Assembly: GCA_964016885.1 (NCBI GenBank)
Contig: OZ024740.1
Span: forward strand, 405,852,001 to 405,916,000
Origin: Eledone cirrhosa
Taxonomy: Eukaryota
Length of the DNA: 64,000 nucleotides
Direction of reading: 5' to 3'
Shown: in pieces, positions 1-12,600 of the stretch
How positions within the stretch are numbered: position 1 is the first letter of the stretch
Layout: each line of letters starts with the position of its first letter
The notes under the pieces: model-generated
What the model saw: the letters and a program-made list of their open reading frames with translations, nothing else
What the model was told of the DNA's origin: nothing
Database searches by the model: none
Made by a program: the position numbers and the translations under genes

Positions 1-639
1 TCAAGGCATGAATAAAAAATAAAAGAAAACATCTTTGACTTTATAATGTGGCAGCTTTCCTGTGAAATAAAAGAATTGAGACCACTCCTTTAACACTACC
101 ATTACTGTATTTCTAATGAAATACTCTGCCTTTGTGTTTTAATTAATTTTCTAAATAAACAAACGTTTTACATTAATAAGCTGATATTTAAAACATTTCT
201 TAACAAATATTTTAAAAATAAAATTTGGATCATAAATTCAGAGCCATTTTAACTAGATAGGTATCAAAAAGGTTAAGATTCAAAATATTCATTCCTGCAA
301 TACTTTCTACTTGTCAAATAAACAAGGGACCTTTATGGGATTGCTCATTCTGCTAAAAATGGCAACCAAATCATTATTTACTGAAAATAAATGCCATTAT
401 GTTTTAATGACAGTAACTATTCTTTTGTTCTTTTACTGGCTTCAGTCATCAGACTGTTGCCTTGCTGTGGAACCACCTTCAAGGGATTTAGTTGATCATA
501 TCGACCCCAGTACTTATTTTTTCAAGTCTGGTACTTATCTTGTTTTCTTTTTGATGAAACAATCATGGCACTTAAAGAAACAGTAAATGTAAACAGATAC
601 ACACATAATTATATATATGTCCATTCATAAGGCATTGAT

Positions 640-2120
640 CAACCTTCCACAACAAACCCTGTGGAATGCAGTCTTATACCTTTTCAAGATCTATCAAACA
701 AGAATACACCTCTTGGCAATGCTCCCATGATTTCTCAAAGACCTGCCACAATGTGAATATTTGGTTGGCTGTGCTGCATCTGGGGTGGAAACCACAATGT
801 TCATCAGCTTGCTTGGACTCGATAATATTCCTACATCTCTTTGCCAGATACTTAGCAAAGACTTTACTGGTGAGATTTAACAAGGAAATCCCTTCATAAC
901 TGGAGCAATTTTTCTTGTCTCTTTTTTGAAGATTGGGATTATTATTCCCGATTGCCATTGTGTAGGTTCCTTTCCAGAGATCCAGGCCACCCAGAGAATA
1001 CCATCTCTATTTAAGACAATTAACATCTCAGGCTGAATTTCATCATCCCATGTGCCATATTTAAGCTCTTTGTGAGCTCAGCTTCTTTCTAGTGCCATCT
1101 CATGTATATCTGAAAATGCTGTTGTGACCAGCAAAATATTCTCTCCACCTGTCTGATGGGAGAATCTTAAACAGGTTCCTGATAGCAGGCATGGAAGAAA
1201 ACTTATTACACAATATTTGCTGACCTGAAGTCAGATTCCATTTTAAGTCCTCCCATGTCTTAACTTTGGACACCTTTACTGTCTCTGCTGAGACTTTTCA
1301 CACCTGCTTGTATCACAAGTGCAAGGAGGAGGACTTATTTCCAAGACAAATTTTGTAAGCCACCTCCTTTGTTTGGTTGGCATTTTTGAATGCATGATCA
1401 AATCAAGGGATCTTCTTGCCACACCAAGCCTCTTTTACTTGCAGCATTTAACAGTTGAAGAAGAAACAGCCATGCTGCAGAGTCTCCACTTCATTTCAAT
1501 ATCCTGTTTGCTCAGGGAGTTCTTTATCCTGTAGGTCAAGCTGATTTGCAAGTTTTATGGGTTCTCTTGCCTTTAAGTAGTTACAGATAACTAGATGCGG
1601 ATCAGTTGACAGCTCAGCTCCTCTCTTAACATGAACAATTAGCACAGAATATAAGAGATAAGAGAAAATAACAAAATCAATAATTGATCTCTTATACCAT
1701 TGTATTTATGGACGTTTTTTTTTTTTTTTTTTTTTTTTTTGCTGGAAGGTGTTCATAATAGAGTCCATTACTAGAACGGAAGTCTAATAAGGCCTCTCCA
1801 TTCGTATTTAGACCAGGGCTGCTGTTCCTTCCAATCACTCCTTTCCATGTTAGGTAGTCAGTGGCAAGATGTACATTGAAGTCTCATTAGGATATATGAG
1901 CCAGTCTTAACTACATCTAATGCTGCAGTGACTTCAAGGAAGAATCTGTATTCAGATTCTCTGTTTGGCACAAAGTTACACCACCTACTGAAGAATTTCT
2001 TTCAACCTAAGCTTCAAGAGACAAATGTAGCACAGCACCCTCCACAGTCTTTCATCAACCCAACTGAAATTCAGTTATTTGAAATCAGCTCTCGCAACCT
2101 CTGCCCAGGTCTTCCTTGGT
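640..2120 (-). mobile_element. Decayed RTE-clade LINE fragment (endonuclease to RT start)
   Basis: ORF 674-958 reads GISLL...DEHCGF...STANQIFTL...IDLEKV (RT N-terminal motifs). Upstream remnants such as ELSTDPHLVICN resemble the endonuclease end. Many stops; boundaries approximate. Confidence 0.75.
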
Positions 2121-3366
2121 CTCCCTCTACTATAGCCTCCTTCCACTGGGATTTCTTGGTATTTTTTCACCTATACATATCACATGACCATACCAGCACA
2201 GTCTTCTCTAAGGAAATACATATTGAACCTTATGAATTATTGAAGTACTGGGAGTGTTTGACATTTAAAAATTTGGTAATCCCAAAAGCATAAAATAACT
2301 AATAACTGTTAGTCAATATAATTAATAGTTGAGAAAAATAAGTAAATTACCTTAGAAGCGGTATAGTTATTTTCTGCTTTTGAGACTTTTCAAACCTTAT
2401 ATAATGTATTCCTACTGTGAAAACAACTAACGGCTCCAGTGAAATAACAAGGAAGCATATTTCACCTACTAGAAATAGCTAAAAAAAAAAAATCTCTGAA
2501 ATCAAACCCAATTGTCTTTAAAAATGGAAAACATTAGATAATGTAGCCCAAGGTATACTGTCTGAAAAAAAAAAAAAAAATATGGGTTGATCATAGTTGG
2601 GATGCCTTTGATCATAACTTGAGGGCTAAACAATAATTTATGACTCCTATGTAAAATATGACAAAAATAAAAAAAAATAAATGATCAATTCTAAAAGATT
2701 ATTCCTTAACCCTTTTGTGACAACAATTATACTGCCTTTGTATTTTTATTATCAAAGTAATCAATGATTATAAGAGATTTAGTGAAATATCTTTCAACAT
2801 CATTGTATAAAAGACATGTATTTTACTACCAAAATCTAATATTAACTGTCATCTATATATCTCTCTCTCTCCATCTATCTGTCAATATATATATGTGTGT
2901 CCCATTTAGAATAAGCACCCATATCCCTGCATGTTATAACAAGTGACTAAGGGTTGGTGTCAGGAAGGGCATCCTGCAGTGAAACATTGCTTCAACAAGT
3001 CCTGGCCTATGCCAGCATAGAAAAGTTGATATAAAAACAATGATGATGCAATAATGAGATTTTAGTCAAACGTTTGAATTTAAATTTGAACATGTTAATA
3101 GAATTGGTTTCGGGATAGGTTACTGTTTAAAGAGTTGTAAATTTGTTTTTTCAATGACACTTTCAATTCTGTAGTTGATCTAGTTAATATTTTTGTTAGA
3201 ATTTTCTTGGTATTAGCAGTCCTGTCCCAACCTAGTTTAAAAACAAAAGAAAAAAAAAAAATCCAGCAATACTGGACTGATTTGTTCTGGAGATCAATAG
3301 CTTCAAGAGATATGTGCATAGGTTAACAAGTCAGGACTTTAATTACGAAGTAAAAAAATATAGTAT

Positions 3367-3372
3367 TTTATT
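3367..3372 (-). promoter_or_regulatory. Candidate POFUT1 polyadenylation signal AATAAA
   Basis: TTTATT on + strand about 50 nt past the stop codon. AT-rich context weakens it. Confidence 0.4.
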
Positions 3373-3421
3373 AGAAAATAAATGTCTTGGAAAGTTCCTT
3401 TAGCAATCATTTTGTTCATAT

Positions 3422-3607
3422 TTAAAACTCCACATGTTTGGTAATTTTTTCAAAAGCCCAAAAGGACGACGACTTTTTCAATGAATCTCTATATCGTTTG
3501 GCAAATGCTGAAAATGTTGAGATGCAATTTCCAATGTAATGTTCAGCTTTTGTCAAAATTGTCAAATCTAAAAGAGGATAATTCAGTTGTGAGCGTACAA
3601 ATTTAAC
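3422..3607 (-). CDS. POFUT1: POFUT1 exon 7 (VKFVRS...[17 protein letters not shown]...KHVEF*)
   Basis: TTTTCTAG acceptor, GNC.STF motif, TAA at 3422-3424. Not in the ORF track. Confidence 0.95.
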   Translation of the reverse strand, partial: VKFVRSQLNYPLLDLTILTKAEHYIGNCISTFSAFAKRYRDSLKKSSSFWAFEKITKHVEF

Positions 3608-6600
3608 CTAGAAAAATTAAAATATGAACAAAAATTAGAAAAATCGAAAGCCTGAAAGTGTAGTTTCTAACCAAAACATTTTATAAACAATATTTCTAAT
3701 AACTTCATCATATTTTAATTTCATACTATACATTAAATGATTGATGTACCAATGTAAAAATTGCAGAAAGAGAGAAGTAAAAATATATCTAAAATATGAA
3801 AAGGAGTTTTCTGCAGTCAAGTTTGGAACAAACTTCCAGAAAGTATCAGTAAGCTATTTTGATTAATGTGAAAATATTTAATTTTTTATTTTGTTTCAGG
3901 GGTTCTAAGACTGATAAGAGAGTAGAGTATCCTCAAACCAGTGGTTTAGTTCAAATATTTGCAACAGAGTAGACTAGAAAAAACACCTAAAAGCTAGACA
4001 GTGGTGTTAAATTGGGAAACTGATTTATTTTAGCATCCAAATAGGCTATAGAGGCTTTGAACTGAGAAGGCAAACAGCTGGATCAAATACCACAAAGTAC
4101 CCCATTTGACATTTTAATCACCACCAATCTACCATTCTTGATTGGTACTTTATTTTATCAACCTTAAAGGAATAAAAGGTAAAGTTGACTTTAGCCTGAT
4201 TTGAACTCAGAATGCACAAATGATAAACAGATGCTGCTAGTTTACTGCCAGGTTTTCCAAGGCAAATTAAACAAACTTCCCTTATGATCCTTGTCATCAG
4301 AAATAAATTGTGCTAGTGATTGGTCCGTTATAAACCTATAACCAACAGTGCTAGTGTTTACAACTGCATGTAATAAATAAAAATACTCAATACTATTCTT
4401 TTAATTGCTTTTCTCTATGAGTAAAATAGAAAGTAACAAGAAAAAAATTTACAAAGTATATTCAAAAAGCTGAAATATGCCATGGTTATTTACTATAGTA
4501 AAATCGAAAAGATAAAATTATAATAACTACACACACCTTTTTTCTTTATCTACTTGTACAACTATTTCCTCTTCTTCCTCTACTATTATTACTACTTTTA
4601 CTGCTGCTGTTACTATTACTACCACCAATGTTATTAAAAGAGTGTAAAGACCTTTCTAATTCTATATATCTAAATCAACTGTGACGCTAGTATTTTCACT
4701 TTCTCTCACCACTTCTGAGTTTCCTCTTCAGATTTTGCATAAAGCACTTTTGCACAAGTTTTGTGTTCGAAATACATCTAGAAACCCTAGAAACGCCATC
4801 CTCCTCCTGTTTTCAGTAAACTTTAACAGTTCAAACAGCATTAATTACCCAAGCCTTGAAATAAGTAATATGATTAGAACTACTTCACATGCACTGTTTT
4901 TAGTATCTTTAAAGTAAGATACAAAATATCCCTTTTCTCACTTTAGCTTTGGTCTGCTGTCAACATATATTTACACATCTTTCTGCAGAATAAATAAAAT
5001 ACTTTTTGTTATTCTAAGGTTTATCTCTTCTTCAGGCTAACCTCTACAAAAAATATAAAACAATAAAGCTTTTTTTTTTACCTGTTTCATAACTTTTGAC
5101 ATTTCTTTGATTAAATCTCGGTCATCAGTAGCAACAAATACAGTTTTTATTTTGTATTTTTTAACAGCTTTCTTCACTTGGTTAACGACAGTACTATCAG
5201 AAGGGTAACACATGTCAGAGGTGAGGCTTCCATGCTCTTGTGAGTAACCTATACACTGAGCTGATGCAAACATCTGACGACTCTCTGTAACATGGCCACA
5301 GGCTGATTTCTAATGGAAGACAATTGTAAAGAAAAAATATATATATATATATATATTGGATCAACAGAAGCCAATTTAACAATATAATTAATTTCGAAAT
5401 TATTTTACAAACACAGAATATTTTGATATTTCAATAAAAATTGTCAGGTCTAAAAATATTTTCCAGAAGATATACATTAACATTTAAAACAATAAAATAA
5501 TGATTAGCTGAACAAATATGTCTCTTTTCATCGGTTTATTGTATGCAATTGTAAAAAATAACCTAATAAAATATTTGAACCTTAAAGGGATATCTAATGG
5601 GTAAAAAATATAAACAAAAACTACTAGCTCCTTGAACTATGAAACAACTTGAGTAGTTTAAGCTATATTTGGCCTGATGAGAAAGTTCATAGCAAATTAT
5701 GGTCAGGTATCAAAGAGTGAAGGCATGTGACCTAGTTATTAGGGTGTTTTTGGTGGTGCCTTGTATCCTTGAGCAAGATATTTGATTTCACGTTGGTCCA
5801 GTCACACTCAACTGGAAAAAAATTAGCACCAGCAGTATTGGATAATCTTATAACTTATTGCCTCATAAAACTAAGATAATCCCAGGCCTCTTTAGCTTCT
5901 AGATTTGAGACAGACTTTAACTTTACTTCATATGAGGCTGGCTAAACTTACACTGTTGTGAGCCTTAACAACGGGTAGCAAAGAGAGGTATGGGATGTGA
6001 AAATGCTAAGATGTTTGAGTTCAGGCTTTTATTTTATGAATTTATGTCAGATACCTAACCAAATATTGAATTCTAATTTAGACAGAAGGTCAGCAAATGT
6101 GGAGGAAGGATAAAGTTAATTAAATCAACCACATTATTTGAATGATATTATATTTTATTGAAGGATGAAAGGCAAAGTTGACATAGGCAGGATTTGAACT
6201 CAGCATTTTATTTGACATACCACCAAACCACTATCCTTCACCTAATCAAATACAATCACTCAACCGCTAAGTGTAAGTGACATGTTTTTTTCATTTAAGA
6301 CAGAGAAATTAACCAAATATTACTGTAGTTTTTCTCATCTTAACTCAACATCTTGTACTATATCAAACCACATTAGCAAGATAATCTTAAAAAGTATAAG
6401 ATAGCTCTTTGATTAGATCCCATTAAAAATTAAAGCCTTTTCTCTAATGCTCAAATTTTCACAATCATTTGCCCACTAACAAAGATACAACAAACATCTG
6501 AATTAACAAACTTGTTTAAGTTTTTGCTAATAATTACAGGAAAAAGACATGCCATTCACACTTTGTAGTTGAGTGTATACAGGGTGGACTTTAATGTAAA

Positions 6601-9600
6601 ATACAAGCTCTAACTTAATCATCATCATTAATAGTTTTAATGTCATAATTCATCCAAACTGCCAGTTCATTTACCATTTTCACATTTATAGTCATCACTC
6701 TTCCATATTGTAAAATATATGGTTAAGACTGTTTTGGGAAAGCCAAGTACAGTGCTAGTTATAAATAAAGTGATATTTAGAGTAAAGTAAAACAAACTTG
6801 TCATCACCACCATTCTCCATTTCCTTTCATATGAAAAAGGGATCCTAACCCCAAAATATGATGACATATAAGGTAAAAGTGTAAATTATTTGCTTTCTTT
6901 TCACTCCTTAATTTCTAACTTGCATTGTACTGGCTTTCTCAAAATAAAATTAATTAAGGAACTGTAATCTACAAACCCAGTCAACACCATTTCTGAGATG
7001 GATTCCTAGGAAAGGTTTCTCATGAATTTTTTTCTTTATAAAATCATCAGCTGCTTTCTCCAAATTAGTTGACCATTTGATATAGCGATGGAGATGTAGA
7101 GTGTCTTCACGGGCAGGGAATGGAGCAGGAGATCCAACAAAAGCAAGAACGGGATATTGTGAAGCTGGATATCTGTAGATAGTAATAATAAGAGCCATAA
7201 TAATAATATCTTTTATTAGCCAAAAGGACTGGAGACAATTCAAGGAAAAACAACACAGGGTGATATTTAATTGAATAAAAGAAAGGGAAAAATGGTCTCT
7301 AATGCTACTATAGATGATATGTATGTGTTGTATTGAATACATAACTGTGTATTTTTTTATGAAGGTTTTTTAGTTCATATTTTCATATTTGTTTTTTGGC
7401 AGTTTGTCTAGAACAATGAAGTTTCTAAATTTATCAACATTTCTAAACCTTTGTGGTCTCAAATTCAGTATGCAGTGGTGTTGGCATCTCTTTATGAGGC
7501 AGGGTGAATGTGATTTGTGTAGACGTTACTGCTGAAATCTGAATTTTCAACCATTAGATTTATGTCATCATTTTGGTGTTTATTTTTGTTTGTGAGTGGT
7601 GTATGAAGTCTTTCTTTTAGCATTGTGTTAGGTTATGAGTATTGTTTCCATTATTAATCATCAATTTTTGTGGGAATTCTGTATAGTATAGATATGTTAT
7701 TCACTAATATTTTCATGTCTAGTTTTACTTTGAGCATATTATAATGCTCAGTTTAATAGAGAAGGTATCAGCAATGTACTAGAAATATGCACATGTAAGG
7801 TAAAAGAAATAAGACAAAAGCCCTTAAACCATGATGGAGTTATAGAGATGCTATCCTAATACAGGGTATGTCTTGGGTATTTAAAACCTGGTGGAGATCC
7901 CTGTCCATGTCCTAACATAGTCGATGTCTTCCAGAAAAAGAAAGAGATACAAATTGAGAAAAAGTGAGAAAAAGAGATGGAGGAAGAATTGACCCCAATA
8001 CTGAACTGGTAGCTTATTTATCAAACTCAAAAGAATGAAAAGCAAAGTTGACCTCTGTAGGATTTGAACAGAGTGGAGTGAGCTGGAACAAAATTCCAGA
8101 ATATTTTAATCCAGTATACTAACAACATTCTGCCAATTTGCTGTCAATTATATATATTAAGATAACATAATGATTTCTAGTATAGATATAAGGCCAGTAA
8201 TTAGGGGGAAGGGGAAAGTTGATTATATCGACCCCAGTACGTTATTTGATGCTTTATTTTATCGACCCCATAAGGATGAAAGGCAAAGTTAACCTCAGCG
8301 GGTTTGAACTCAGACTGTAAAGGGCCGTAACTATGCTGCAAAGATAACAACATAATGCAATAGATACATACCATAATTCCAGTTACTTACCTATTTAACC
8401 ATCTGTCTCTTTCAATGGGATTGCTAACATCAAATGTCAGTGGTTTATGGAATTCTGATTGAACAAAGTCTACATTAAAGTGATCCCAAAATGGACCAAA
8501 AGGATTCCCTTCTTTTGCTTGACATGAAGTTTTGCTTGAATGCCTTGCTTGGTAGCAGAATACTGCAATTTACAAAGATGATGGTAAACTTATTGATTTA
8601 AAAGAGTATTTGTTAAATCAAATTGAAGATATAGATTAATACAAAAGGAATAATTATCCAATTTCTTTTACCAATACAGTTATAAGTAATTTTATATATA
8701 AGAATGTTTGATTGCATATATTAATCTACACACACAGGAGTAGCCCTTGCTAGCAGGAAAATGGACATTAAATGATAGTGATGATTTATATATATATTTA
8801 TAACAATTTTTTTTATTGTTAAAGGACATTTAATTGAATCTGTCTCTCTCCTATATATATATATACGACGATGATGATGATTATATATATATATATGTCA
8901 TCATTATCATCACTGTTTAACACCCATTTTTTTCATGCTGGCATGGGTTACACGAGTTGTTCTGTTGTGAAACAAGCCAGATCAGATGACCGTGTCTTGT
9001 CTTGTCACACAGAACTGTTTCTAGTTTGGTTTCTATGACTGGATGCCTTTCCTAATGCCAGTATATATATCATCAATCATCATCATTTAACGTCCGCTTT
9101 CCTTACTAGCAAAGTTAGATGGGTCTACATATACCAAGTCAGTATTGAAGTGGGGCCACTGATGTCCCAGATAGGCCAAGGTGGTTTGTATTCCACTTAC
9201 GTACAGTCATTATCAAATACAGAAGTTGTCATGTTCTTGACACAACTGAAGGATCTCCTAACCCTTTGTTTGGCAAGCTTTCTATGGTGGGATGCCCTTC
9301 CCAACTCCAACCACTTTACAGTATGTACTGGGTGCTTTTATTGTGCTCACCAGCACTAGGGAGGGTGTCATGTCTTTGAAACCTTTTGTTTAGTAAGCTG
9401 GATGCCTTTCCTATCACCAACCACTTTACAGCGTGTACTGGGTGCATTTATCATGTAGATTACCAGCACTAGAGAGGTTGCTGTGTCTGACACAGCTAAA
9501 GGGTCCTCCCAATCCTTTAGGCATGGTTTCTACAGTGAGGTGCACTTCCTTTTGCCAGCCACCCATACAGAGTGTACCAGGTGCATTTTCATGGCACCAT

Positions 9601-12600
9601 CACTAGAGATGGAAAAAGATGCTTTTAGGCAACTGGAATATATGTAAGCAAGACATGGTCCCTGGCCCATCTGGGAGGACAGTCTCTCTAAGTATTAACT
9701 TGGTCTGGTCTATGTCCACCCTCAAAACCATACCAGCATGGAAAAACAAACAGTACATGAAGATGATGATGAAAGAATATTCATATTGATATCTTAAATA
9801 TGTGTGATATGATGTTAGACAGTACATGTATGACATGGTATTAGACAGTACATGTATGACATGGTATTAGGCAGTACATGTATGACATGGTATTAGACAG
9901 TACATGTATGACATGGTATTAGACAGTACATGTATGACATGGTATTAGACAGTATATGTATGACATGGTATTAGACAGTATATGTATGACATGGTATTAG
10001 ACAGTACATGTATGACATGGTATTAGACAGTACATGTATGACATGGTATTAGACAGTATATGTATGACATGGTATTAGACAGTATATGTATGATATGGTA
10101 TTAGACAGTATATGTATGACATGGTATTAGACAGTATATGTATGATATGGTATTAGACAGTATATGTATGATATGGTATTAGACAGTACATGTATGACAT
10201 GGTATGAGACAGTACATGTATGACATGGTATTAGGCAGTATATGTATGACATGGTATTAGACAGTACATGTATGACATGGTATTAGACAGTATATGTATG
10301 ATATGGTATTAGACAGTATATGTATGACATGGTATTAGACAGTATATGTATGACATGGTATTAGACAGTACATGTATGACATGGTATTAGACAGTATATG
10401 TATGATATGGTATTAGACAGTATATGTATGACATGGTATTAGACAGTATATGTATGATATGGTATTAGACAGTATATGTATGACATGGTATTAGACAGTA
10501 TATGTATGACATGGTATTAGACAATATATGCATGACATGGTATTAGACAGTATATGTATGATATGGTATTAGACAGTATATGTATGACATGGTATTAGAC
10601 AGTACATGTATGACATGGTATTAGACAGTATATGTATGATATCATCCTGGGGTTCTGTAACGGGGCACTGGAGAAAGGAGTTGCCCCGAATCAGTGGAGG
10701 ATCAGTAACATCGTCCCAGTGCCAAAGAAGGGAGATCTCTCTAACACCAACAGCTACCGGGCGATCTCACTGACGTCACTTGTGGCAAAGACCCTCAACA
10801 GGATGATTCTTAACAGGATCCAGCCTGAGATGGAGAAGAAGCTCAGGGACAACCAGAACGGCTTCAGAGAGGGTAGATCAACCACCAGTCACATCCTGAT
10901 GCTGAGGAGGATATTAGAGGGAGCTAGAGCAAAGTGCCTTCCTGCGGTCATGGTTTTCATTGACTTTAGGAAGGCCTTTGATTCTGTGGACCGTTACTGC
11001 CTGATGAAGATCTTACAGGCTTATGGAATCCCCAAGAGGATAGTGGACCTGATATCACTGCTCTACACCAATACCAAAGCCCAAGTCATTACACCTGATG
11101 GGAGAACAGAGTTCTTTGAGATACTGGCTGGAGTGCTCCAGGGAGATACATTGGCTCCCTACCTTTTTATCATCGTAGTGGACTATTGTATGCGCCTTGC
11201 ACTGGAGAAACACCAGGACTCTGGCTTTACTGTAGCACCGGCTCAGAGCAGGAGAGTTAAGGCGAAAAAGATATTGGATGCTGAATTTGCCGACGACATA
11301 GTTTTGGTGACAAATACAGTGAAGGAGGCAGAGGATTTGATGCGGGAGATTGAGACTGTGTCGATGAGTGTGGGGCTGAGAATGAATGAGACTAAAACAA
11401 AATATCTGGTAGAGAATGTTGAGAAGCCAGAGGGGATCACTAATGTAGGCGGGAAGCCGCTGGACTTGGTTGAGGACTTCCTGTATTTGGGAGCAAAGAT
11501 TGGGAATACGGAGGATCATGTGGTTGAGAGGAAGAGCAAGGCCTGGGCGGCGTGCCACAGCTTGAGCTCGGTGTGGAAGTCGGACCTTCGTAGAGACCTG
11601 AAGGTCCGCCTCTTCATTGCTGTAGTGGAGTCTGTGCTGCTGTGTGGGTCTGAGACTTGGACACTGACCAAGAGACTCACTCAGATGGTGGATGGGTGCT
11701 ACACGAGAATGCTGAGGATGGCTCTGAACATTAATCAGTATACACTGAGGATGAAAAACTCAGAGCTGTATGGGAGCATCCCAAAAGTCAGCTCAAAAGT
11801 GACACAGAGGAGACTGAGGTTGGCTGGACATGCTCACCGACATCCAGAGTTGACATTGCACTCAGTGCTCCTTTGGGAGCCCCTACATGGACACACTAGA
11901 AGAGGAAGACCAAGGTTAACATATGTTGATGCCCTAAGGACAGACACTGGTCTGTTGGAGATGCAGGATATGGCAGCGATAATGAGGGACAGAGACCGCT
12001 GGAGAGAACTCGTCTATGGATCTCGGGAATTTTACCCGCCTTAGATAGATAGATAGATGTATGATATGGTATTAGACAGTACATGTACGACATGGTATTA
12101 GACAGTACATGTACGACATGGTATTAGACAGTATATGTATGATATGGTATTAGACAGTACATGTATGATATGGTATTAGACAGTACATGTATGACATGGT
12201 ATTAGACAGTTTATGTACGGCATGGTATTAGACAGTATATGTATGACATGGTATTAGACAGTACATGTACGACATGGTATTAGACAGTACATGTACGACA
12301 TGGTATTAGACAGTACATGTATGATATGGTATTAGACAGTACATGTATGACATGGTATTAGACAGTACATGTATGACATGGTATTAGACAGTATATGTAT
12401 GACATGGTATTAGACAGTATATGTATGACATGGTATTAGACAGTATATGTATGACATGGTATTAGACAGTATATGTATGATATGGTATTAGACAGTACAT
12501 GTATGATATGGTATTAGACAGTACATGTATGACATGGTATTAGACAGTTTATGTACGGCATGGTATTAGACAGTATATGTATGACATGGTATTAGACAAT

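Noticed and set aside
2705-2850. piggyBac-like MITE end (TTAACCCTTT), with similar bits at about 270 and 30960
   Set aside because: Could not pair terminal repeats or find a TSD for any single copy.
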